DNA of 64,000 bases from the NCBI RefSeq assembly GCF_009914755.1, contig NC_060927.1. One strand, 5' to 3'. The notes below the pieces were generated by a model, which had not been told where the DNA came from, made no database searches, and was given only the letters and a program-made list of their open reading frames with translations. Origin of the DNA: the human T2T-CHM13v2.0 reference genome, Homo sapiens. A program made the translations under genes and the position numbers. Below, in pieces: positions 1 to 12,625 of this stretch (position 1 is its first letter; each line of letters begins with the position of its first letter).

Positions 1-594
1 AAATTTTCTATTAAAGTTCATCGTCCCAGTCACTTATAAGGAAAGAGGTCTGCTGGTCATCTAAGTGCCTTTGAATGAAGCAACAATAAGGGTAGATTTT
101 GATTTATACTACAAATATAATCTTATCTAGAGTTTATCTTAAATTTTGTTGTGCTGACAAAAGCAGAGCAGACTAATAAAAAATGTCAAGTGCCTTCTTT
201 GTGAATATATTAATAATCTTTTGTCTGAGATTTGCAAGACAAAATTGAGCAATGCTTGAATGAGTTTACTACTGACATCAACAACTGCTTTTTCCATTCT
301 GCCCTAACTCTACGGACAAAGGCCTGTTTAATGGCTGCTACTGATTGTTAAAAGTTTCAAAAGCATGGAGGGTGGTGACACATATAGGAAACCTGGAGCT
401 AAAATTGAGTAAAAGGCTGTTGCAAAAAGTCTTCACTCTGACACCATGGGCTTTAAGGTGGCATTTCATTGTCAGATGGGATTCAGTTTAATTGCTCACA
501 AGCAACAATCTTGCTTTTCAAAAAGGCAAGTAGCATTAACTGAGGAAGGTTGTGTGGTTCTAGGGAGAAAACATTAACTAACTGGCAGTGGAAA

Positions 595-670
595 ACAAGG
601 AGGATTTAGTCCTTAGTCTGCCACTAACTGATTGTGTTACCTTAGGCAAGTCATTTTTATTCATTTCCTA
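595..670 (+). mobile_element. MIR fragment
   Basis: tctgccactaactgattgtgttaccttaggcaagtca resembles the MIR core. Confidence 0.55.
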
Positions 671-884
671 AAGGGTACTCTTGGAGAAAAAGGATTTGTA
701 GTAGTTTATATGAAAAATCTAGATTTTAAAAAAATCTATAAGGTAAGAAAAAAAAGGTAGTCGCTTAATGTCTCCAGGTCTTGATTTACTCCCTGCCTAA
801 AAAAGACAAGTGAGTTTGTCAATTGTTGCTAAATTCCATTTTGTGGCTTACTGCCTGGCTGCCAGCAGTGGAATAAACTGAAAC

Positions 885-990
885 CTTCTTTAAAATACAG
901 ATTCCCTAGAACTGCAAAATTCTGGCTTGGTAAGTCTAGGAAGGGGCCAGGGAATCTGAATTGTGATAAGCACTCCTGGTGATTCTGACA
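885..990. mobile_element. MER5A-like hAT MITE fragment
   Basis: gtaagtctaggaaggggccagggaatctg...ctcctggtgattctga. Confidence 0.55.
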
Positions 991-2413
991 CATAAACAAA
1001 AGTGGGAATAGAAGCACTATTAATAATGATAATAATAGCTAAATTTCTGTAGCACTTACTATGTGCCAGTGACTCTACTAAAATAATATATATACATGCT
1101 TCCTTAAATGTGACCTAAAATATCCTTTCCAACTCCATGTTTTATGACTCCATGTACCTTTTCACTTACATTTTGCCTGGGAAATGACTATTAAGGGCAA
1201 GACCAACAATTTTTTACAAAAGAAAATCCCTCTGGCAACCAATACTGACCATTACAATGAACAGATAATTAGTAAGGTTTGGTTGGCTAAAATGCAGAGG
1301 ATCAGGCCTTTTTTTAAAAAAAATTGTGATCTGTTGATCTGTTCCCAGTCAACTCTGGGATAAGTGGGTCTGACATTTTGGGGAGGTGCACCCTTCTCTT
1401 TTCTTGAAGACTTTCTAAAAGTTGTGGTGGGTCAAAATCATTTGCTTTGTGCAGGAGAGACAAAAATGTGCGGTATTCTGTATGAGGCCTCTTCTGGCCA
1501 CACCTGCCTATAATTTCAGGTGGAGGTTGGGGCCTACAGAAGCTGATCCTCCCTGCATAGCATTCTATAAAAATTGACTTCTCATGTCCATGTTTTTCTC
1601 CAGGCTTATTTGTCTATTACCAGGTAAGAAAGTTCATCCTTAAAGCATAAGAAAAAATGAACACATATATTTTATGTTTCCTTGTTCACTTTGAGAATGA
1701 AAAGAATAAAGACATGAAAAATGACTACTTGCCCAAGTAATGGGAACTGCTGTCCATGACAGCTTAATCAGGCACATACTCTTGTCTGCCCATGTAGAGT
1801 TTCTTTTTCTTCTTCTTTTTTTAACCCAATCAGCATTTCCTCAGGCTTCCTTCTAGGAAAGGTGGCCTCAAATTCCACCAAAAGATGGGGAGCCTCCCCT
1901 TTGGGCTACTCTTTTAAGCTCTGTTTGCCACTGGTTCCCATGGTTTACCAGAGAATGGAATCTAAGATGCAATACACATCACAAACTCATCTGGGTTTTT
2001 AATATCTAGTCATGGATTAAGCAGAAAGAGGCAAAACTGGAACACACTGGACTGGCTGACTCTAGAACTGCTTTAATGGAATTGTATTCTGACATCATTT
2101 CATTAATCTCTGCCAAATGAAGGTGAGGAAATCCATCACAATATTTACTGCAATGATATGGTTAAATATTCACTGTATTTATAATAATTTCTCTGGGAGC
2201 ACCTATGGAGAAAGTGTCCCTCTGTATATTTTTCCTCACTATGTCCTCCCAATCATCCTATGAAGTTTATTTTATTATTATCATAACCATTTGATACAGA
2301 GGAAAATTAAGATGATAAAATTTAAAATTTTTCCTCAAAATTTATTTATATATTTAGCTAAGAAATGGTAGAACCAGCATTCAAAATCAGGATTGTTCAA
2401 ACCTACCACCTTT

Positions 2414-2722
2414 CTTTTCTTTCTTTTTTTTTTTTTTGAGACGGAGTTTTCCTCTTGTTGCCCAGGCTGGAGTACAATGTTGTATTCTTGGCAGCTCACC
2501 ACATCCTCTTCCTCCTGAGTTCAAGTGATTCTCCTGTCTCAGCCTCCCAAGTAGCTGGGATTACAGGCATGTGCCACCACACCCAGCTGATTTTGTATTT
2601 TTAGTAGAGACGGGGTTTCTCCATGTTGGTCAGGCTGGTCTTGAACTCCTGACCTCAGGTGATCTGCCCGCTTCAACCTCCCAAAGTGCTGGGAAAACAA
2701 GCGTGAGCCACCGCGCCTGGCC
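2414..2722 (-). mobile_element. Full-length AluS (AluSq/Sp-like)
   Basis: Poly-T then gagacggagttttcctcttgttgcccagg...gagccaccgcgcctggcc; 15-bp TSD AAACCTACCACCTTT at 2399-2413 and 2723-2737. Confidence 0.95.
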
Positions 2723-2989
2723 AAACCTACCACCTTTATTTTCAAAATCGTAACTGCACTTCTGAAACACCCCCCATTTCCCAGCACCATTAACATATCA
2801 TGTACACTTAGGCAGCTCTTCATCTTTTTGGGCCTCACTCTGCACATCTGTAAAATAGAAACATGGGGCTAAACAAACTGGAAAACCTATCAGAGTTTGG
2901 ATGTTATGATGACTTACTAATCATTTTTCTCATCAGAAATGTGGAATGAAAAGTCCTCTTTACTGTGATCCTCACCATCATCATAATAT

Positions 2990-3190
2990 CCATCACTAAT
3001 ATCTATTGAGCACACATTATGTGTTAATCACCATATCAGGGGTTTTATGTCTCTAACATACCCAGGAAGGTAGTACTATTGGTGTCTCTCTTTTAAAGAA
3101 GAGGTAGGGGGAATTAGTGAGATGAAGTAATTACCCAAGTCCACATAATTAGTAGGAGGTGAAGACACGATAAAAATCCAAGTCATCTAT
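2990..3190 (-). mobile_element. MIR
   Basis: tattgagcac...gaagtaattacccaagtccacataattagtagg. Confidence 0.55.
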
Positions 3191-4050
3191 CGAGTTTCGT
3201 AGTTTCGTAAATAGATACCAGGGAACAACTTTTCAACTCATATGAGGGAATGTTCTAAAAGGATATTTATATTTAATGGTTTGTACTAAGGATTTGGAAC
3301 ATTACCCTGTGTGGGCCTGGGTTTGCGGTTGTGGGGAACGTGAGGTATACATACTCACATGAAAACACTGAATAGAAACTTTCTGATGACAATTTCCTTT
3401 TCCACGCTGCACTTCAGTGGACGGTTGGGAACAGTAGCATCTGGCTCCTCACCTGTTTCCTTGCAGACTTGGTCACACAGATTAAGAGTTCTCCTCTCCT
3501 ACCCTTCCAAGGCATGTCAACCCTAAACTACCTTATAGCAATCAATATTTCCAGAACACATGTCTGAACTTCCTATATCCGATATGATCACAAGAGCAGG
3601 CCCACCTCCTCTTATCAGCCTATCTCCCCACCCTACTACCATTATAAATTCAGAGTTGATGTATTTGGAACCAATCAAAAATATTTTTTAAAAATCCCTC
3701 TTTGGAGAAAATACCATCTTCAATATCAAGAAGATCACCATAGATAACATTTTCTTCTCTTTTTGCTAAGAGTAGTTTCTCCTTTTCCCCATTAAAAACA
3801 AAAATGTATAATGGCACACACATTTTTCAAATACCCACGGTGACTTGGGCAATCTAACCACCTTTTCAAACCTCAGCTTCTTTAAAGATGGACATCAAAA
3901 GGGATTTCCAGCTCCTCAAACCTTTTACTTTTTGGCTTTCTTTTTTAAACTAAGTCAGGATTTGAGATAGAGGAAACTTCCTGATGCCAGAACTTGGGTC
4001 TAACATAAGAAGGTGTTCTGATGAGCACTGGGATAAAGCTCACCAGAACA

Positions 4051-4100
4051 TTTTAGGGATGCAATCTCGTCATGTTTTTAGGGATGCAATCTCATCATGT
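4051..4100. repeat. Tandem duplication, 2 x 25 bp
   Basis: ttttagggatgcaatctc(g/a)tcatgt twice, 1 mismatch. Confidence 0.95.
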
Positions 4101-4244
4101 TCCTGGAAACAAAAGCATTTCATTGAAGCCTTCAGCTTCCTAGAGGCGGATCCTTATTAATTTGGACTTCATCTAAAATCCAAGCTTAAATAAGTGTATT
4201 GGTATGATGTGTATATCTAGTTATGAACATCCAGTAAAGATTTC

Positions 4245-4450
4245 CCTCATTTCACCAATATTTATTAAATTCCAAATGTGCGTCAGGCACTATTCTAGGC
4301 ACTGTGACACTGTGGTGAATAAAACGTACTGTCACAGAGATAATATTCTTGTAGTGGGAAAGAAAGTTAATTAAAAATGGGGGGAAACTTACAATAACAT
4401 TTCTACCCTCAGAGAGCCTATTTTTAGTGGTAGAGAGATGGATACTAAAT
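4245..4450 (-). mobile_element. L2 3' end fragment
   Basis: caatatttattaaa...tcaggcactattctaggcactgtgacactgtggtgaataaaac. Confidence 0.6.
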
Positions 4451-4583
4451 AAATTTGTAAAATAATGTTGGATTTTTGGTAAGCATCATATAGAAAAATA
4501 ATACTAGAAAGGAGCTAGACCATAAGGGTGAGATAACAAAATTGGTAAGTTTTAACTAAAAGTGACCAATTTGAGACTGGCTT

Positions 4584-4663
4584 TCTTAATTTGTTTATTT
4601 ACTGAGTCTATATCATTAGTTTATCTTAATTTGTTCATTTACTGAGTCTATATCATTAGTTTA
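4584..4663. repeat. Tandem duplication, 2 x 40 bp
   Basis: tcttaatttgtt(t/c)atttactgagtctatatcattagttta twice, 1 mismatch. Confidence 0.95.
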
Positions 4664-6131
4664 AACCGTTGGGAAATATATTAAATTTTTACTTACTTCT
4701 CATGCTGATTTTTGTCAATTCAAAACAATTCTGCATAAAATGCATTAAGTAAGTTAATTTCCAAAGGAATGCAGTTAAGGGGGGAAAAGGCAACATAATA
4801 GTGTTTTGCTCTGGGAGATTGAACAATAATGCACCATACAAATTGGACCCACGGAGTGTATTCTTTAATGAAGGAAACCAAAGAAACGACAAATGTATTT
4901 TCAGATTCAGCTGACACGAACTGTTGCTTTCCCTAATTTGTAGTGGGTCATACATCATCTCTGCTGGATTGGCTGTGACAAAATTTGGAGAAGCAAAATA
5001 GAAACCATTGTTTTACATGACAATTGGAATCAAGTTACATTGTCATCAAGCAATGGGAACTCCTGAGAAATTATTTTTCATGTATCTTAGTCAAATAACA
5101 TAATGTGAATAACTGGGACATTTGCATTCTATCTATTTTATTTATTTACTTGATGAATTCATTTATAGGGAAGTTTTTGTTATCCATTTACTCTAATACA
5201 TTTACTTCGAACAAATCTGTGATGTTATTAGAATGGAATATTTTTAACTTACTTGAAATGAAAATGCACAAAAGTCTAAAATTTGGTATATTCTAGAGAT
5301 TTAACAGAAAAAATTATCATTTTTTTAGCTATCATAATCTGATAGTTAAAGGCAGAGAAAGAAAAGGAATATGTGTAAACTCACTTGCTTGGGTCCTTGT
5401 ATAATACAACAGTACAACTAAATTGTTAGAAGTGGAGCAGTTTTTATTTCATTCTGAAGTCATGATTATTCAATTACCTCAAATAACAGCTGGCTATAGC
5501 ACTTGGATTATACAAGCCAAATTATTGTGTATGTCAAAATGATGAAACTTTAAATTGGAGTATGTAAAAAATATGGAAAAACAAAACAACTATACTAATT
5601 ATAGTAGCACCTATATAAACAACTATACTAACAAAACAACAAAACTAAAAATAAAGCAAAACAAGAAAGAAAGAGCAAAGAAGTAGGACAAGAGAAAAAA
5701 ACCTTTAATACACATATCTGTATTCAACTATTGCACCTGGATAAATTATCAAGAGATTATTACTACAGCATTACAAAGACTTCTGGACAAATAACTATCT
5801 TTATGCTGCTCTGAATATTAGTTCTGGGCTCTCCTGACTTCACTGAGGAAATATCAGATAGTATTTTAAGTTATTTAGGCAATCAATAAATTCATTATGA
5901 TTCTCAAAGGTGGATGTTTTAGCATTGTATTCTTGTAATGAATCTAGTAAACAGGAAAAAGTATAATAAAGAATAAAACTGCCTATTTCCTCTAACTCCA
6001 GACTTTCCATAATGTATACATTGCTTTATTTATAACGTATTTATAAACCTAATAAATCTATGATCTTATCCTATAATAATGTCTTTGTTAATGTTTTAAA
6101 CCAGTGGCATTAGTGGTTAAATAGAGGAAAT

Positions 6132-6421
6132 GGCTGGGTACAGTGGCTCACATCTGTAATCCTAGCACTTTGGAAAGATCAGGCAGGTGGATTGCTTGAG
6201 CCCAGGAGTTCAAGAACAGCCTAGGCAGCATAACAAGACCCCCATCTCTGCAAAAAATACAAAAAATAGCTAAGCATGATGGCACACACCTCTAGTCCCA
6301 GCTACTAGGGAGGCTGAAGTGGAAGAATCACTTGAGTCCAGGAGGTCAAGCCTGCAATGAACCATGAGCATGCCACTGCACTCCAACCTGGGTGACAGAG
6401 TGAGAACCTGTCTCAAAAAAA
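6132..6421 (+). mobile_element. AluJ
   Basis: ggctgggtacagtggctcacatctgtaatcc...gattgcttgagcccaggagttcaag...ctgtctcaaaaaa; J-type diagnostics, high divergence. Confidence 0.92.
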
Positions 6422-6631
6422 TAGAAAGAAAGAGAGAAAGAGAAAGAGAGGAAGGGAGAGCAGAAGGGAGGGAGGGAGGAGGAAAGGAAGGAAGGAAGAA
6501 AAGAAAGGAAGAAAGGAGAGGAAGGGAAGGGAGAAAGGAAAGAGGAAGGAAGGGAGAGAGGAAAGAAAGAAAAGAAAAAAAGAAAGGAAGGAAGGAAAGA
6601 AAGGAACGAAAGAGAAGAAAGGGAAAGGGAA
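6422..6631. repeat. GA-rich polypurine low-complexity tract following the Alu tail
   Basis: About 210 bp of mixed GAAA/GGAA/GGGA units. Confidence 0.95.
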
Positions 6632-7539
6632 CAATGGCTTTTCTTTTTCATAATAAAAATAAGCCATAAAATGTATTACAAAAGAAATCTATCATGCTCA
6701 AACTCTAAATAGCATTGTATGCTACACATCTGTTATTTTAAAATATATATACCTTTTTTAGTATTTAAGAAGTACTTATCAATATTCAAATATTTTTTTA
6801 GTCAATAAAATGTGAATATCAGATGCACTTATTTTCTAAGGACATAAAGGTTAAGTAACAACCTTCTAGCTTTTCTAACTACATAATATAACGTTCCTGG
6901 TAAATTGCATGTCTGTTTTGTTATTGTTATGTTTTCTTAAGTATACAAACATCCAGCTATTCAAATTAAATGGAAATAAGTCAGTGTCCTTAAATGTGAT
7001 ATTTTCCTTCAGTGTGTTCTATGATTTGGCTTACTCTTTTTTTTTTTGGATGGCAATATTTTTCTTTTAAATTTTATTTTATGAAGAGACAACAATTGTC
7101 ACTTAGAAGAAATGTAATTTAAAATGTGAGTCAAGCAAATGAATTTATTCATACATATCAGGATAACTTGTGTCATAATTTTAATAGGAACAAACCGTGA
7201 TTTCCTGCTTCAAGTTTAACTGTGCTATCAAAAGGCACTTCCCTAAAAATCAAAGTGGGTCTTTAGGCAAATAGAAACCCATAGACCACGTACATATATG
7301 CAGAGAACAATATCACAGAAAGAGAGATTTCTTTTATTTACCTATTTAGTCAATATTAAGCATTTACTTTGAATGAGGCATTGTGGTTGCCTAAAAATAT
7401 AATGATGTGTAAGCTAGACCCAGCTTCTATCATCGTAGAATGAAATGTGTTCCACAAATGTCATTGGTTTATAAAACAAAAACAAAACAAAATGTATAAA
7501 TAATTAAATGATCTCTAATAGGTAAAATGTATGAGTGCT

Positions 7540-7752
7540 CACTACATGCCTGGTCCGTTCGACATGATTAATATATATTAACTAATTTAATCATCATGAC
7601 TTTCCTACAAATTGTGTTTCAATATTGTCCCCTTTATGTAGATGAAGAAACTGAGTTACAATGAACTTAAGTGACCTGGACCAAACTTCATAGTTAATAA
7701 GGTGCCTGGGACAGGATTTCAGCTCAGGCAATGTAGTTCCAGAGTCACTGTT
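7540..7752 (-). mobile_element. MIR (interrupted by L1PB; resumes at about 9833)
   Basis: tagatgaagaaactgagttac...ggatttcagctcaggcaatgtagttccagag. Confidence 0.7.
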
Positions 7753-8594
7753 TGTTGTTGTTGTTGTTGTTTGTTTGTTTTGTTGTTGTTGTTGTTTCCA
7801 TAGGTTTGGGGGAACAGGGGGTGTTTGGTTACATAAGTTCTTTAGTAGTGATTTGAGATTTTGTTGCATGCATCACCTGAGCAGTATACACTGAACCGAA
7901 TTTGTAGTCTTTTATTCCTCACCCTCCCTGTCATCCTTTGTCCCGAGTCCCCAAAGTCCATTGTATCATTCTTATGCCTTTACATTCTCATAGCTTAGCT
8001 CCCACTTATGAGTGAGAACATACGATGTTTGGTTTTCCATTCCTGAATTACTTCACTTAGGATAATAGTCTCCAGTTCCATCCACATTGCTGCAAATGTC
8101 ATTAATTATTTCCTTTTTATGCCTGAGTAGTATTCCATTCTACATATATGCCACAATTTCTTTATCCACTTGTTGATTGATGGGCATTTGGGCTGGTTCC
8201 ATATTTTTGCAATTGCAAATTGTGCTGCTGTAAACATGCATGTGCAAGTATCTTTTTCATATAATGACTTCCTTTCCTCTGGGTAGATACCCAGTCATGG
8301 ATTGCTGAATCAAATAGTAGTTCTACTTTTAGTTCTTTAAGAAACCTCCACACTGTTTTCCGTAGTGGTTGTATTAGTTTACATTCCCACCAGCAGCGTA
8401 GAAGTGTTCCATTTTCACCACAACCACACCAACATCAATTATTTTTTGATTTTTTTTTATTATGGACATTCCTGCAGGAGTAAGTTGTATTAGGGTTCTC
8501 TAGAGGGACAGAGCTAATAGGAGATATATAGATATAGATATATAGATATACATGATTTTACATATATATGATTATATATGATTATATATATATG

Positions 8595-8637
<43 letters not shown>

Positions 8638-9811
8638 TTTCTTAAGGAGTATTAACTCACACGATCACAAGATACCACAATAAGCCGTCTGCAAGCTGAG
8701 AAGCGAAGAAGAAGCCAGTCCGAATCCCAAAGCTGAAGAACTTGGAGTCTGACGTTCAAGGGCAGGAAGCATCCAGCACAGGAGAAAGATGTAGCCTGGG
8801 AGGTTAAGCCAGTTTAGTCTTTTCAGGTTCTTCTGCCTGCTTTTCATTCTGGCCACACTGGCAGCTGATTAGATTGTGCCCACCCAGATTAAGGGTGGAT
8901 CTGCCTTTCCCAGCCCACTGACTCAAATGTTAATCTCCTTTGGCAACACCCTCGCAGACACACCCAGGATCAGTACTTTACATCTTTCAATCCAATCAAG
9001 TTGACACTCAGTATTAACCATCACAGGTGGTATTGCATTGTGGTTTTGATTTGCATCTTCCTGATCATTAGTGATGTTGAGCTTTTTTTATGTGTTTTTT
9101 GGCCATTTGTATATCTTCTTTTGAGAATTGTCTATTCATGTCCTTAGCCCACTTTTTGGTGGAATTGTTTTTTTTGTTGTTGTTGTTAATTTGAGTTTCT
9201 TATAGATTCTGGATATTAGTCCTTTGTCAGATGTATAGATTGTGAAGATTTTCTCCTACTCTGTGAGTTGTCTGTTTATTCTGCTGACTGTTCCTTTTGC
9301 TGTGCAGAAGCTCTTCATTTTAATTAAGTCCCACCTATTTATCTTTGCTTTTGTTGCATTTGCTTTTGGGTTCTTGGTCATGAAGTCTTTGCCTAAGCCA
9401 ATGTCTAGAAGGTTTTTTCCTGATATTAACTTACAGAATTTTTATAGTTTCAGATCTTAGATTTAAGTCCTTGATCCACCTTGAGTTGATTTTTGTATAA
9501 GGTGAGAGATGAGGATCAGGTTTCATTCTCCTACAGGTGGTTTGCCAATTATCCCAGCACCATTTGTTGAAAAGGGTGTCCTTTCCCCACTTTATGTTTT
9601 TGTTTGCTTTGTCAAAGATTAGTTGGCTGTTAAGTTTGTTAATTTCTGTTTATTTCTGGGTTCTCTATTCTGTTCCATTGGTCTGTATACCTATTTTTAT
9701 ACCAGTACCATGCTGTTTTGGTGACCATGGCCTTACAGTATAGTTTGAAGTCAGGTAATGTGATGCCTCTAGATTTGTTATTTTTGCTTAGTCTTGCTTT
9801 GGCTATGCGGG
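7753..9811 (-). mobile_element. 5'-truncated L1PB (L1PB1-like): 3'UTR plus end of ORF2, interrupted by MLT2A1
   Basis: tttccataggtttgggggaacagg...cccgagtccccaaagtccattgtatcattcttatgcc; degenerate ORF2 pieces (WRFLKELKVELLFDSAI); tail decayed to (GTT)n; TSD agag(t/c)cactgtt at 7741-7752 and 9821-9832. Confidence 0.9.
8486..9025 (-). mobile_element. MLT2A1-like solo LTR (HERV-L) with internal (TA)n expansion
   Basis: Reverse complement starts TGTGATGGTTAATACTGAGTGTCAACTTGATTGGATTGAA; plus strand begins tgtattagggttctctagagggacagagctaatagg; TA-rich stretch 8525-8633. Confidence 0.88.
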
Positions 9812-10424
9812 TAGAGTCAGAGAGCCACTGTTCTTAAATACTGTAGAACTTCTTCGGCAACTGATCCTGTGAGAGCACTAACACCAGTCCACATTTGGCA
9901 AGTAAATTTCAAAGTGGGGTTTAAAGAATGTATGGTCTACAAGGAGTTCACTTGTTTCTTTCTATTCTTCTGGCTTTTCCTCCCCACGAAACCTAGATTC
10001 TAAATTTTAAATGAACTTAAATGAGTAACTCTCAGGAAAATTGCTTCTTTGTTAAAGGAGAAATTAAATTTTAAGAAACTCCTGATTATTTCCACAAACT
10101 CAACAAATCGAAGACCTCTAATACTGACTCTGGGTTTAAGCTGAATCTAAAATTTAGTCTTAATACATTTGCCCTATACTTTCCTATCTTAATCTGTTAT
10201 TGAACATATCTTCCACAAAAATTCCAAATAATAATCAGAGGAAATTTAAAGAAGCTTGGCAGTAAAAATAAAATAATACTGGTCATTACATTGTGCTGGA
10301 CATATTAGCAGAGAAACTTTAGCCAGCATTTTTCCTAAACATACCAACAAATATGAACAAATTCAAGAAAACAGACAACATTTAGGAAAATACAAATAAC
10401 TCACAAAAATTAGTATGCAATATA

Positions 10425-10920
10425 CAGTTGAGACAGAATTCTCCATGAATCTTATGTTTCTGCACTTCTGAGAAAAGGGCCTTGACAGCATTGTTCTGTT
10501 TGTTATACAACAAACAGGTTTGGAAATTAGTGTTTCCCTCTGAGCAGAGGGCAGATTTGTTTCCTGACTGGTGTAATACAGATAATGTCTTTCTCTGAGG
10601 CAAAGGTTGGGAAGGTGTGCAACAAGCCTCCTTTAAAAGATTTTGGTATTTCTAAGTGCAGAGGTCCTCAGCTGTGATACAAACCCAGTACATGTGCAGC
10701 ATCCACCTGAGCCCATCCCTGCATCGCCCTGTGGGACTTGGGAAGCAAAAGGAACCAATGAGAACATAAAACTCATGGTGCCTGATATGACATCTGTCAT
10801 AAAGTTATTTATCTCTGACCTAGAATCTCATATCTTCTGCCAGCATCTATAAAACTTGGGAGACTAACTCATTAGCTTGCCATTACTGTAAAGTCTCAGA
10901 CCATGTGCTGTTTCTGGCAT
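10425..10920 (+). mobile_element. Old ERVL-class solo LTR (subfamily not resolved)
   Basis: agaattctccatgaatcttatgtttctgcac...tagtgtttccctctgagcagagggcagatttg...tctctgacctagaatctc...tttctggca. Confidence 0.55.
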
Positions 10921-11399
10921 ATCTCAATCAAGAAGTACATTGGTTTTGTACATAGAAAGCTACTTTAGTTATGCTTTATTTAAGCCTTTATCTACATCTT
11001 GTAATACTCAGGTTTCTGGAAGACCTATAGTGAAATATAAGCTTGTACTGGAACTTGACAAGGAATGTCGAAATGGCAATAACATGTGAACCCTTTATCT
11101 AGAGAAATTTCCTCAGTAGCTGAAGCATACACACATATGCATTGGTAAGAAACCACAAAGAAATGGAAACTCTGATACAGAGTATAAAAAGCAGTTTTTA
11201 AAATTCACCAGATAGATCTACATATACGCATACATATTTTAACATCAAAAAGAGCAACTCTAATTTGTTATGTAATCCGACTCCCAATCTGACTTATCTA
11301 GAATTTCAGAACCTAGGGAGCAACCAATTATAATTTTTCAAATTGTTCAAGAACAACTAAGATAAAAAGCATATAGAAATATACACTGATCACTTCCAC

Positions 11400-11617
11400 A
11401 TGCCCTGTATCTCTTCCCTGCTTTATTTTTTTTCCAGAGCAGTAAGCATCTTCTGGAATACTTTATATATCACTTGCTTATTTATTTATTATGTGACTCC
11501 CTCCACTAAAATGCAGGCGGCATGAAAGCAAGAATGTTTGTGTTTTCTAGATCCCCAGAGCTTTGGCAGCATATGATACATAGTAAGTATCCAATAAATG
11601 TTTGTTGAATGAATTGA
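11400..11617 (+). mobile_element. L2a 3' end
   Basis: Ends catagtaagtatccaataaatgtttgttgaatgaa. Confidence 0.75.
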
Positions 11618-11699
11618 CAAATACATTACATAAATAAATAAAGCTAATATAATTTTTAACAAAATTGGAAAATTACTTAAAATGCAATTTTATATAATG

Positions 11700-11870
11700 C
11701 TTGAATTTATCATGAGCTCTTCTTTATGTCATTAAATATTCTTTCAAACCATTATTTTTTATGACAATATAAAATACAATTTTACTGATCTATCATAATT
11801 TGAAGATTCCCTCATTGGTAGACACTTGGCTTTTGTCCAGCATTTTGATATTGTAAATTAGCCTGCCTTA
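11700..11870 (-). mobile_element. Old L1M(E) fragment
   Basis: ttccctcattggtagacacttggcttttgtccagcattttgatattgtaaat. Confidence 0.4.
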
Positions 11871-12625
11871 TACCACCATGAATATTAATATTTGACCATC
11901 CTAACACTGCCTATGCATGATAGTCTCATTTTAATGAAATTCTCTATATTGTTCACATAAAAACCAATTGTGTTATAAACATGCCCTGCTTTAAGCAATT
12001 TTGATTAAAGTCTAATTATATATAATAGTTATAGATTTTTTATTTTAAAAATGTTCACCATGTGAGTCTGCTGAAGAGAAATTCCTTTACCATACTATTG
12101 TAGTCCAGAAAAAAGAAAATTGAGACCAAACATTTCAGACATAGTTTTATTATATAAGAAACAATCCAAAGACACTTTTAGGGTTTTAAATGATCTTTCT
12201 GGATTATTCTTCTTTTCCAGCACTTTAAGCTTTTAAAAATTTAAATTGTTAGCCTTAAATTATTTTCAATTTTAAAATCAGAATGCTTTCTTTCTTTCTT
12301 TCTTTAAAGTTTTCACTTATTCTTTTCTTTTCCAAGTCTTTGAGAAATAAAGAAGCCTGGACTCCACTCTGTGCTGTGAGAGCTTCACAGATCTAGAACT
12401 GGTCCTCTCAAGCTTTCTAATTCACATGTTATACTGCCATTAACATGGTGGAAATTGGGCCTTGTTCTTTGGTTCCCTGGCTTTTTTCCACTTTTTGATT
12501 GAGCCATGATAGTGACTAAAGAAAAGTGTGAAAATACATCCCGTTCCACACAAACCATGTTCTTAAGGTCTATCGCCAAATAATGGAAAAATCTGAGTCA
12601 CCACGCTAGAAACTCAGATGCTTAC

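Noticed and set aside
2539-2847. Alu-derived ORFs (also 23309-23563, 39534-39788, 55654-55839)
   Set aside because: Typical Alu translation signatures, not genes
4051-4663. Short direct repeats as a CRISPR-like array
   Set aside because: Only two adjacent copies each, no spacers, no cas genes, primate DNA
6346-6669. Arg/Glu/Lys-rich and Phe/Ser/Leu-rich ORFs (also 56580-56789, 47027-47311)
   Set aside because: Translations of simple repeats that lack stop codons
8162-9743. L1 ORF2-like peptides as an active retrotransposon
   Set aside because: 5'-truncated, frameshifted and interrupted by an LTR
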